Source of the DNA: Anaerolineales bacterium
GTDB taxonomy: Bacteria > Chloroflexota > Anaerolineae > Anaerolineales > UBA11657
Length of the DNA stretch: 64,000 bases
Assembly (NCBI GenBank): GCA_022450585.1
Contig: JAKUPR010000004.1
Coordinates: 29,257 to 93,256 of the forward strand
Direction of reading: 5' to 3'
The notes under the pieces were generated by a model. The model had not been told where the DNA came from, made no database searches, and worked only from the letters and a program-made list of their open reading frames with translations. The position numbers were made by a program, and so were the translations under genes. This document shows positions 56,188 to 64,000 of this stretch, in pieces (position 1 is the first letter of the stretch; each line of letters opens with the position of its first letter).

Positions 56188-57477
56188 GTGAAATCAGATC
56201 TGTACTCAGCTAGGGATTTCAAGTTCCGTGAATCATGTCCGGAAATCCCCAATACCACATATCTAACTCACAAATTACACGCATATCCAGCAAAATTTAT
56301 CCCGCACATTCCCCGATGGTTCCTTCGGGAATACTGTAACGTGGGTGGCAGAATACTGGATCCATTCTGCGGATCAGGCACCGCGATGGTGGAGGCTAAC
56401 CTACTAGGGATACACGCGCTAGGGGTTGACATCAACCCACTCACATCTCTGCTAGTGCGCGCAAAAACCGAACTAGTGGATAACCCAGACTTTTTTGCCG
56501 AACAATGCCTACAAGCAACCAAACGCGCGCGAGAACATCCTCCCGATTATAATCCCGCAATACCAAACCACGAGACTTGGTTTCTGCCTCAGGCGCAAGA
56601 AGAACTTGCACGTATTTTCGGGTACCTAATTATTAACCCGGACGAGCTTCCCGACGAGGTGCGTGATTTCTTGCTAGTATGCGCTTCTGCCACCGTACGT
56701 AGAGTATGCAACGCCGATCCGCAAATCAGTAAGCCGTTTGTCTCACGGAAAATGCGCGAGCGTCTGGAGGCTGGTACAGTTGAGCAACGTGCATTACATA
56801 TTTTCAATCGCAACACTCGCAATTTCTTAGACCGCAAGATTAAGTATATGCGCACCATCAACAATCTAGCCACTGTGTGGGGATACTATCCAAAGAGCCA
56901 CATGTTTGAACATTCCGACGCCCGTACACTTTCAGAGATTGCCGACAATGACATTGATGCAATCATAACGTCACCACCTTATGCAAATGCACAGGAATAC
57001 TTTCGCTCAATCAAGCTCGAACTTTATTGGCTCAACCTGATACCCAATGGAATGCTAGCTTCACTCGACCGCACACTAGTCGGCACTGAGCGTCTCCCAA
57101 TGTCAGAATGTGATCATCCACCAACATTCGGGATACCAGACCTTGACACTGCCCTCGGTCAGATTTACCCAGTAGACCGAAAGCGGGCCCACATTGTCCT
57201 AAGGTATTTCCAAGATATGCGTTCTAGTATTGAGCAATGCTACCGAGTCCTCAAGCCGGGTGGTTATTTCGGTCTACTGGTTGGAGACAATGTGATTCGC
57301 AAGGTACCGGTAAACACCCACGTATTCTTACAGCATATAGCTGAGAACATAGGATTCAACACAGAGCATGTCGGATATGACCGCATAGTAGCACGTAGCC
57401 TGACACCGAAAAGACACGAAACCGCGGGCATTATAGAAGTAGAATGGATGCTGATTTTCCGTAAAGTCGGATTCTAA
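56188..57477 (+). CDS. Site-specific DNA methyltransferase (N4-C/N6-A amino-MTase family), orphan, with motif I preceding motif IV
   Basis: 429 aa with a GTG start. HAYPAKFIPHIPRWFL...ILDPFCGSGT (AdoMet motif I, nt 56359-56382) lies near the N-terminus. The catalytic TSPPY (nt 56971-56982) and RVLKPGGYFGLLVGDN lie about 200 aa downstream. No nuclease-like ORF is adjacent. Confidence 0.8.
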   Translation: MKSDLYSARDFKFRESCPEIPNTTYLTHKLHAYPAKFIPHIPRWFLREYCNVGGRILDPFCGSGTAMVEANLLGIHALGVDINPLTSLLVRAKTELVDNPDFFAEQCLQATKRAREHPPDYNPAIPNHETWFLPQAQEELARIFGYLIINPDELPDEVRDFLLVCASATVRRVCNADPQISKPFVSRKMRERLEAGTVEQRALHIFNRNTRNFLDRKIKYMRTINNLATVWGYYPKSHMFEHSDARTLSEIADNDIDAIITSPPYANAQEYFRSIKLELYWLNLIPNGMLASLDRTLVGTERLPMSECDHPPTFGIPDLDTALGQIYPVDRKRAHIVLRYFQDMRSSIEQCYRVLKPGGYFGLLVGDNVIRKVPVNTHVFLQHIAENIGFNTEHVGYDRIVARSLTPKRHETAGIIEVEWMLIFRKVGF

Positions 57478-57539
57478 CCGATAGCAACAACAATGCTGAA
57501 CGCGACCACCAACTTCAAATGTCTAACCAGAGCATCGAA

Positions 57540-58469
57540 TCACTCGCTAACCAAATTTAGTCGCCTGCGCAATACCTTTACCTGCTGCTCAGCACGGTAG
57601 CTAGAGCGCACCAGTGGTCCACATTCCACCCAGTCGAACCCCACTGTATTCGTAGCGTAATTCTTGATTTCATCAAACTCCTCAAGGGAATAATAGCGAT
57701 GAATCGGGAGGTGACTCTTAGAGGGTTGCAAATATTGACCCACGGTAAGAATGTTGACTCCCCAGCTACGCAACTCAGCAATAGTTTCCTTTATTTCCTC
57801 CATTCTTTCGCCCATTCCAACCATAATGCCGCTCTTCGTGAGCATAGCAGGGTCCATTGCCCGAGCGTTACACAGCGTGGCCCGCGCCCACTCGTATCGA
57901 TCTTGGGGCTGTACCTGCCGGAAAATCCGAGGAACAGTTTCCACATTGTGATTCAGTATGTCAGGACGCGCCAATACTACGGTCTGAAGCGCAGCACGTG
58001 ATCCTTTGAAATCTGGAATAAGGACTTCCACCGAGCAGTCTGGTTTTACGCGCCGAATCTCCTTGATAACCATGGAAAAAATAGGAGCGCCACCGTCCTC
58101 CCGCTCGTCACGGTTAACGCTAGTAATAACGGCATGTTCCAAGTTCATCCTATGCACTGCAGCAGCCACGCGCCGCGGCTCTTCCCAATCAAGCGGAGTC
58201 GGTCGGCCCGTCTCCACATCACAAAAACCGCACGATCTTGTACACACCCTTCCCATCATCAAGAAAGTCGCTGTGCCCGCACCCCAACACTCACCTATGT
58301 TAGGACAAAGCGCTTCCTCACAAACAGTGTGCAAATCTGTAGATCGCACGAGGCGCTTCAAACTCTCATACTTATCACCCTTAGGCGCACGTACTTTTAT
58401 CCATGGCGGACGCCGCAGCGGGCGCTTGTCAAACTCGTTCGAAGAGGTTCTAACAACAAGTGGAATCAC
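57540..58469 (-). CDS. lipA: Lipoyl synthase
   Basis: 309 aa. Radical-SAM CTRSCGFC plus the N-terminal auxiliary cluster Cys motif CEEALCPNIGEC. Confidence 0.96.
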   Translation of the reverse strand: MIPLVVRTSSNEFDKRPLRRPPWIKVRAPKGDKYESLKRLVRSTDLHTVCEEALCPNIGECWGAGTATFLMMGRVCTRSCGFCDVETGRPTPLDWEEPRRVAAAVHRMNLEHAVITSVNRDEREDGGAPIFSMVIKEIRRVKPDCSVEVLIPDFKGSRAALQTVVLARPDILNHNVETVPRIFRQVQPQDRYEWARATLCNARAMDPAMLTKSGIMVGMGERMEEIKETIAELRSWGVNILTVGQYLQPSKSHLPIHRYYSLEEFDEIKNYATNTVGFDWVECGPLVRSSYRAEQQVKVLRRRLNLVSE

Positions 58470-59227
58470 GATATTAAAGCATCTTCCAAAATCTCTGCAT
58501 CGACCATTCGGAACTCAAACACACGTCCGAATTCCCCGACAATTGCAGCCCGCACAGATTGCATAGATGGCACATTCGACAACAGCATAGCCATTGAAAC
58601 TGCACCATATCCACGTAATCCGCAAGGCACAATACCCTGGAACAATTCCGTCTCTGTATCTACATTAAGTGCAAATCCATGCTGGCTGATACCGTTGCGA
58701 TCCACCTTCACACCGATTGCGGCAATTTTCATCGGAGATTTCCTATACTCAGGGGGGCATTGCGTGCAGCGCGAGGCAACATCTGGCTCCACCCACACCC
58801 CAGTAAGACCTGGCAACTGCCCAGATACAATCCCAAATCGTGCTAACACATTAATCAACATGGTTTCCAGATTACGAACATAGCCCAAGTAATCAACCCG
58901 CGGAACGCGTACCTTATTGTGCTTTAACCGTCCCAGTGCTAGTAGCGGATAGCCTACCAGTTGACCAGGACCATGATATGTAATGTCTCCGCCACGGTCA
59001 CAGTCGTGAACAGCAATGCCACGCGCACTAATCTCCTGTTTCGAAAGCAAAAGATGTTCTCGGTGGGCGGAGCGACCCAACGTATAGGTATGAGGATGCT
59101 CTAGTAACAGGAGGCAATCAGGTCGAAATCCAGCCGCACGTTCTGCAGCAATAGAAGATTGCAATCCGCGCGCGGTTACGTAGTCAATTTCGCCAAGTTC
59201 CATAACCTGACACTGATCACTCATCAC
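58466..59227 (-). CDS. lipB: Octanoyltransferase LipB
   Basis: 253 aa. RGGDITYHGPGQLVGY and the KIAAIGVKV motif. It has a 4-nt overlap with lipA. Confidence 0.93.
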   Translation of the reverse strand: MMSDQCQVMELGEIDYVTARGLQSSIAAERAAGFRPDCLLLLEHPHTYTLGRSAHREHLLLSKQEISARGIAVHDCDRGGDITYHGPGQLVGYPLLALGRLKHNKVRVPRVDYLGYVRNLETMLINVLARFGIVSGQLPGLTGVWVEPDVASRCTQCPPEYRKSPMKIAAIGVKVDRNGISQHGFALNVDTETELFQGIVPCGLRGYGAVSMAMLLSNVPSMQSVRAAIVGEFGRVFEFRMVDAEILEDALIS

Positions 59228-59292
59228 AACAATTGTACCATCAGCGCCAGTGCAAAACAGCGCTGCCTCGATGATATAATCGCAAAAGCGTA

Positions 59293-60081
59293 ATGACTAA
59301 ATTAACAATTTCACTTGGGCAGACAACCCCCTATGTGGGTCAACCAGAAGCTAATTTCGCTGTTATACGAGAGTGGTCCGCCGAGGCAGCTTTACTGGGA
59401 TCAGACATGGTCATTTTCCCTGAGCTATGGAGCACTGGTGGTGACCTAGCAAACTGGGACAGACACTCCACTACGATTCGAGATGGTATCTTCGCACGAG
59501 TGGCTAATCTCGCATCTGAATTGGGCATAGCAATCGGCGGATCTACTCTAGAACGGAATAATGAGCGTACTTATAATACATTCACCCTTTTCGGAAAACG
59601 CGGCGAGCAGTTAGCAGTTTATCGAAAATTGCATCTCTTCGCACTCATGCAAGAGGACAAATGGCTGACGGCCGGCGATACACCGGTGCTAATCGACGCA
59701 CCCTGGGGACGAACTGGTCTGGCCATATGCTACGACATCCGCTTTGCTGAACTCTTCAGGCATTATGCTATTAGCGGAGCTGCACTTGTGCTGATACCGG
59801 CCATGTGGCCTGCATCGAGGAGCCAACACTGGAAAATCCTGCTGAGGGCGCGGGCAATCGAAAACCAAATGTTCATCGCCGCAGTCAACGTTACGGGAAA
59901 AATAGAAACTGAAGTTTTTGAAGGTAGCTCATCGGTGATAGATCCTTACGGTAAAGAACTGCTCATTGCTGACAACAAACCAGCATTGCTCACAACTGAG
60001 ATTGACATGAATGAAGTCGTGACCGCACGTGCGCAAATGCCCGTGTTGGCTGATATGCGCCCTGATATATATTCACTTTGA
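59293..60081 (+). CDS. Carbon-nitrogen hydrolase (nitrilase superfamily, omega-amidase-like)
   Basis: 262 aa. Glu-Lys-Cys triad contexts: FPELW, YRKLHLF, LAICYDIRF. Confidence 0.88.
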   Translation: MTKLTISLGQTTPYVGQPEANFAVIREWSAEAALLGSDMVIFPELWSTGGDLANWDRHSTTIRDGIFARVANLASELGIAIGGSTLERNNERTYNTFTLFGKRGEQLAVYRKLHLFALMQEDKWLTAGDTPVLIDAPWGRTGLAICYDIRFAELFRHYAISGAALVLIPAMWPASRSQHWKILLRARAIENQMFIAAVNVTGKIETEVFEGSSSVIDPYGKELLIADNKPALLTTEIDMNEVVTARAQMPVLADMRPDIYSL

Positions 60082-60085
60082 CAAA

Positions 60086-60700
60086 ATGGGAACAACACAC
60101 CTAGATGTGGATGCAGCTATGCACCATCTACGACTTGCCGAGCCACGCTTACAACCATTGATAGAACGCTATGGACCACCGCGTCTACAGCGAAAGCGTA
60201 ATTCTTTTCATGCTTTGGCGCATTCCATCATTTATCAGCAATTAAATGGCAAGGCTGCTAATACAATTTACAGGCGTTTTCTCCGCCTTTTCCCCACACG
60301 TAGATTTCCGTCACCTGAGGATGTGCACAAGATACCAATTAATCAGCTACGCTCAGCAGGAATTTCAAGACGGAAAGCCACCTACCTTCATGCACTAGCA
60401 GAAGCATACATTATGGGAGATATCAAACCTAAGACTTTTGGAAAGATGAGTAATGCAGAAATAAAGTCTGCACTGACAAAGGTGAAAGGGATCGGACCAT
60501 GGACAGCTGACATGTTCCTGATGTTTTCACTCAATCGCCCAGATATTCTTCCAGTCGGAGATTTAGGTATTCAAAAGGGAATGCAGCGTCTGTATTGTCT
60601 GCCCACACTGCCGAATGCCAATGACATGCGCCGCTTGACCGCACCATGGAAACCGTACCGAAGCGTGGGAAGCTGGTACCTATGGCGACTAGTGGACTAG
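60086..60700 (+). CDS. DNA-3-methyladenine glycosylase II-like (HhH-GPD superfamily, AlkA-type)
   Basis: The start is the ATG at 60086; the track extension from 60029 overlaps the previous gene. The HhH-GPD region is VKGIGPWTADMFLMF...PVGDLGI. Confidence 0.8.
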   Translation: MGTTHLDVDAAMHHLRLAEPRLQPLIERYGPPRLQRKRNSFHALAHSIIYQQLNGKAANTIYRRFLRLFPTRRFPSPEDVHKIPINQLRSAGISRRKATYLHALAEAYIMGDIKPKTFGKMSNAEIKSALTKVKGIGPWTADMFLMFSLNRPDILPVGDLGIQKGMQRLYCLPTLPNANDMRRLTAPWKPYRSVGSWYLWRLVD

Positions 60701-60757
60701 TCCGATAACAATGAGGATACATTCTATATTGGCACATGCCATAGACGAAAACAGGCG

Positions 60758-61558
60758 ATGCTTAGACTAATAGTACGCGACTTACTAGTACCGGGATCTA
60801 TCAGCTTTTTGCTGCTAACCGTGACAGCTGGAATAGTCGCACTGTACATAGGTCCTCGAGCACGCAAGTGGAGTCGCGTTTGGTTGACTGCTATAGCATG
60901 CATGTACTGGTTTATGGGCACATCGGCATGCGCAGGCTGGATGGAGCGCTGGATCGATGGAGAATACCTACATCTGAGTGACCATGAAAACATCCCAAAT
61001 GACATTTCTGCAATAGTGGTACTTAGCGGAGGAGGGAACACATTCAGGAATGACATTTACGAAATCAACATACCCGGACACCAAACCGCATACCGCACCC
61101 TAGAAGCCATTCGCCTACACAACATGCTACCGGAAACAATGCTGTTAGTCTCTGGCGGTATCGGTGATCCACAAGGCCTTGCAAAACCAGAAAGCGTCAT
61201 CATGCGAGACGAGCTCCTCGACGCCGGAGTGCCAGCCCAACTTATAGTACTGGAAACGTCCTCTCGGAACACTCACGAACAAGCAATTAACGTAACATCC
61301 ATGTTACAAGAACGCAATATAGATTCCTTTCTGCTGGTAACTTCCGCCGCGCACATGCGACGATCTCTAGGGACATTCACAGCACAGGGATTGCAACCTT
61401 TCCCATCTATCGCACAAAGTTCCTCTGACGGCATGCCCACAACACGCTGGCCCTGGCTACCCCAATCTGGAGCATTAAATCGAAGCCGGGCAGTGATGAG
61501 AGAACTGCTAGCGCTGGCATACTATCAGCAACAAGGATGGATGGTGCAACAACCTTAA
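60758..61558 (+). CDS. DUF218/YdcF-ElyC family membrane protein
   Basis: 266 aa. Two N-terminal TM helices, then VVLSGGG...LLVSGG...LLVTSAAHMRRS, characteristic of the DUF218 (SanA/YdcF) fold. Confidence 0.7.
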   Translation: MLRLIVRDLLVPGSISFLLLTVTAGIVALYIGPRARKWSRVWLTAIACMYWFMGTSACAGWMERWIDGEYLHLSDHENIPNDISAIVVLSGGGNTFRNDIYEINIPGHQTAYRTLEAIRLHNMLPETMLLVSGGIGDPQGLAKPESVIMRDELLDAGVPAQLIVLETSSRNTHEQAINVTSMLQERNIDSFLLVTSAAHMRRSLGTFTAQGLQPFPSIAQSSSDGMPTTRWPWLPQSGALNRSRAVMRELLALAYYQQQGWMVQQP

Positions 61559-61583
61559 CATTCACGCATTTTCTTACAGTTTA

Positions 61584-61612
61584 TTGACGAACTTCACCGG
61601 TGGTTGTATACT
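61584..61612 (+). promoter_or_regulatory. Candidate sigma-70 promoter
   Basis: TTGACG (61584-61589), a 17-nt spacer, then TATACT (61607-61612). It lies 160 nt upstream of the SWIM ORF and 27 nt upstream of an unlisted 57-aa ORF. Confidence 0.55.
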
Positions 61613-61774
61613 AACTTCATGCAGCAGGTGAGCCGCACATGAGCGGCGCAACCACACATAATATTCCAGTACAAACCGGGGAGCAAGTCTCCAAAAGCAC
61701 GCGCGCGAACATTTTCTGGTTCAGTGTGTGTTTTTTGATTCTAAACTTTCCCGTCACCAAACAAGGAGACATAC

Positions 61775-62017
61775 ATGGACTATGGAATGATCGGAAAAAT
61801 AGAGAAAGCTAAGAGATACGCAGAGGAGCCCGAGCGGTTCCGATTCGATGATTTCACCGTACGCTTCGACGGAGACAACAACGGTCACACCGTCACATGT
61901 GCAGAAGGGGATTGGCAATGCGATTGTGAGTTCTTTTCATTTCGCCAAGTTTGCAGCCACACCATGGCACTGGAACGACTACTCCAAGACATGCTGCCCG
62001 AGAGGATTATGGTCTAA
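61775..62017 (+). CDS. Small SWIM zinc-finger protein
   Basis: 80 aa. The CxCx(n)CxH pattern is present: CDCEFFSFRQVCSH. An AAGGAG ribosome-binding site lies 7 nt upstream. Confidence 0.6.
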   Translation: MDYGMIGKIEKAKRYAEEPERFRFDDFTVRFDGDNNGHTVTCAEGDWQCDCEFFSFRQVCSHTMALERLLQDMLPERIMV

Positions 62018-62218
62018 ACATCTGAGCAGCAGCACTATGGTGCTATGGTCAAATCGCAATAGCCCCGGAACGCTGAATGTAGCAAACGCAGTCCAAACGT
62101 CGGGTTTTGACCCCGCCGTTTACTTACCAAATGCCCAGGACACTCTAATCAATACGAACACTAACGGTAGCTACCCCCTCCTTACCTCTGTTCGCTGACC
62201 GACTCCCCAAATAGATAA

Positions 62219-63505
62219 ATGAAAATCGCAATTTTAGGTGCAGGCGTGACAGGATTAACAGCCGCCTATGACCTTACTAAAGCAGGGCACCAAGTCACAA
62301 TTTTTGAGGCAGGCCCACAGGTCGGTGGTTTGGCTTCCGGATTTAAGTCCGATGGCTGGAATTGGACTCTCGAGCGATTTTATCATCACTGGTTCACATC
62401 GGACCGACATTTACTAGAGCTAGCCACTGAGCTGGGATGCAGGGACAAAGTCCTATTTCCACGGCCCAGTACAGTCATGTATCATGAAGGCCAATTTTAT
62501 CCGCTAGATTCACCACTAACAGCACTATGCTTCCCAGGTCTTGGATGGGGAATTCGAAAACTAAGATTCGGAATCACAACCCTCTATCTTCGTCTAAATC
62601 GCAACTGGCACGGTCTGGAGAACGTCACAGCTGCAGATTGGCTTACACGCTGGGCTGGAGAGCATGTCTATCGCACTATGTGGGAACCCTTGCTACAAGG
62701 AAAATTTGGCCGCTTCGCTCCCCAGATACCCATGTCATGGATGTGGGCACGCCTGCATGCGCGTAGCACAAGACTCGGAACGTTCGAGGGCGGCTTCCAA
62801 GCCTTTCTAGAGACTCTCGCCCAAAGGGTACTGTACCAGGGTGGCGAGATTCATTTGGAAAGTCCAGTCACCCGAATCAGCACAAACCCAGAGTCAGGTG
62901 TGAAGTTAACTTACGCAAATTCCACGGACAACTTCGAGCACTGCTTGGCAACATGTTCCCCACAACAGCTAGTCAAATTAGCTCACCAACTTCCGCTAAA
63001 CTACCGCAATCAACTTATGAACCTACCGAGCATGGGTGCAGTGGTACTAGTGCTTTCCCTAAAGCAGCGTCTAACCAGTGATTATTGGTTCAATCTTCCA
63101 GCCAACGCCGGATTTCCTTTTTTGGCACTGGTGGAACACACCAATTTTGTTTCTCCTGATAATTTTGGTGGAGAGCACATCGTGTATTGCGGAGACTATC
63201 TAGAGGGCCACCACGAACACTTTAAGCTGAATAAGGAAGAGATACTCGCCCGTTTTCTGCCGACGTTGACACGTTTTAACGTGGATTTCAAACCAGATTG
63301 GGTGAATCGAAGCTGGCTATTCCGAAGTCAGTATGCGCAACCTGTACCACGACTGTCCGGTTCCCGTGAGATACCCGAACTGCGGACCCCGCTTTCTGGA
63401 GTATGGCTAGCCAGCATGAGCCAAATATACCCATGGGATCGAGGCACTAATTTTGCCATTGAGCTAGGTCGACGATTCGCTGCCAAATTACTTGACCCGA
63501 ATTAA
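62219..63505 (+). CDS. FAD/NAD(P)-dependent oxidoreductase (amine oxidase / phytoene desaturase / protoporphyrinogen oxidase-like)
   Basis: 428 aa. N-terminal dinucleotide motif KIAILGAGVTGLTAAYDL...IFEAGPQVGGLA. Confidence 0.8.
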   Translation: MKIAILGAGVTGLTAAYDLTKAGHQVTIFEAGPQVGGLASGFKSDGWNWTLERFYHHWFTSDRHLLELATELGCRDKVLFPRPSTVMYHEGQFYPLDSPLTALCFPGLGWGIRKLRFGITTLYLRLNRNWHGLENVTAADWLTRWAGEHVYRTMWEPLLQGKFGRFAPQIPMSWMWARLHARSTRLGTFEGGFQAFLETLAQRVLYQGGEIHLESPVTRISTNPESGVKLTYANSTDNFEHCLATCSPQQLVKLAHQLPLNYRNQLMNLPSMGAVVLVLSLKQRLTSDYWFNLPANAGFPFLALVEHTNFVSPDNFGGEHIVYCGDYLEGHHEHFKLNKEEILARFLPTLTRFNVDFKPDWVNRSWLFRSQYAQPVPRLSGSREIPELRTPLSGVWLASMSQIYPWDRGTNFAIELGRRFAAKLLDPN

Positions 63506-63542
63506 GTGACAGCGAACAGCTAATATCCCCCCCACAACTAAC

Positions 63543-64000
63543 TCAGCGTGAGATTCTTAATAGCAACACACGCTCATCCTCGCCACCAAACCTATATTTG
63601 TAATCCTCGTCTCCACGCATGAAATCGAAGTAAGTATGTCCACTGGCGATAACATGTTCAATTAGATGACCCAATAGGACCCATCCGGGCGAGAGAGAAG
63701 CATACATGCCCGGGTTGTATCCAGAGTTATATAAATACACAACCCCACCCATACTGAAGTAAGCATACGCAGCCAACAAGCTGCCTTCCACTTCCAAAAA
63801 ACACATGCCCAACATACCGGCGTCTTGAGTAGCACGCAGAATGTCGCCTAATGCTCCTCGCATTCTTGGAGTGAGAAACTCTGCTTTTTCCAAACCGCTT
63901 GCTTGCATAAGTGAAATAAACTTGTCGATAAGCAAGGGGTTTTTCTCACCTGGGTCAATGAAAACGACTCGAGCATCCTCAGCTGCGGCTCTACGCAGCT
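63543..64000 (-). CDS. GNAT-fold acetyltransferase, CelD/BioF2-like family (N-terminus lies outside the window)
   Basis: The frame is open from 64000 down to the stop at 63543. The track TTG at 63935 is internal; upstream codons read ...LRRAAAEDARVVFIDPGEKNP. The C-terminal block YLYNSGYNP...FDFMRGDEDYKYRFG resembles the CelD-like acetyltransferase family. Confidence 0.55.
   Translation of the reverse strand, partial: LRRAAAEDARVVFIDPGEKNPLLIDKFISLMQASGLEKAEFLTPRMRGALGDILRATQDAGMLGMCFLEVEGSLLAAYAYFSMGGVVYLYNSGYNPGMYASLSPGWVLLGHLIEHVIASGHTYFDFMRGDEDYKYRFGGEDERVLLLRISR

Noticed and set aside
58134-58883. 249-aa plus-strand ORF (and the overlapping 186-aa ORF at 58006-58566) spanning the lipA/lipB junction
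   Set aside because: It is antisense to two motif-rich, well-supported genes (LipA CTRSCGFC, LipB RGGDITYHGPGQ). Its composition is Ser/Arg/Thr/Pro-rich and low in complexity, as is typical of antisense frames. It has no ribosome-binding site and no recognisable motif.

Overview
Gene-dense chromosomal window, roughly 50% GC by eye. I call 54 CDS, 3 tRNAs and one tandem glycine riboswitch. I saw no transposase, integrase, CRISPR array or rRNA.

The backbone is housekeeping: tsaE-tsaB, moaC plus a fused moaD/moaE, rny-recX-recA, gltA, riboswitch-gcvH-gcvPA-gcvPB, rnz, ugd, an M16 peptidase pair, acpS, tRNA-Ser/Ser/Arg, pheST, an EF-G paralogue, tgt-uppP, lipB-lipA and two base-excision glycosylases.

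Two envelope-glycan loci are interleaved with it:
- 1-8256 (minus strand): a GT-C enzyme, three GT4 enzymes, a nucleotide-sugar dehydrogenase and an SDR epimerase.
- 20115-32741: a Wzx-like flippase, GT4, SDR, a WecC-like dehydrogenase, three GT-C enzymes, a membrane-anchored GT2 and another GT4.

The gene content suggests a Chloroflexota-like monoderm. The cues are split GcvP, RNase Y next to recA/recX, many GT39-like GT-C proteins with repeated C-terminal modules, and TTGACA-17-TAnAAT promoters. This is inference only.

The items most worth a second look:
1. The GT2 plus multi-GT-C glycosylation locus, whose acceptor is unknown.
2. UppP fused to a PstS-like binding domain and translationally coupled to tgt.
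3. An orphan DNA methyltransferase with permuted motif order, a long leader and a repeated 17-mer.
4. A MoaD-MoaE fusion chained by ATGA overlaps to two unknown ORFs that share a WEWY motif.
5. A structured 330-nt pheST leader of unclear class.
6. A 57-aa membrane ORF below the ORF-track cutoff.

All functional calls rest on motifs and family features recognised by eye. No database search, RNA covariance model or folding program was run.
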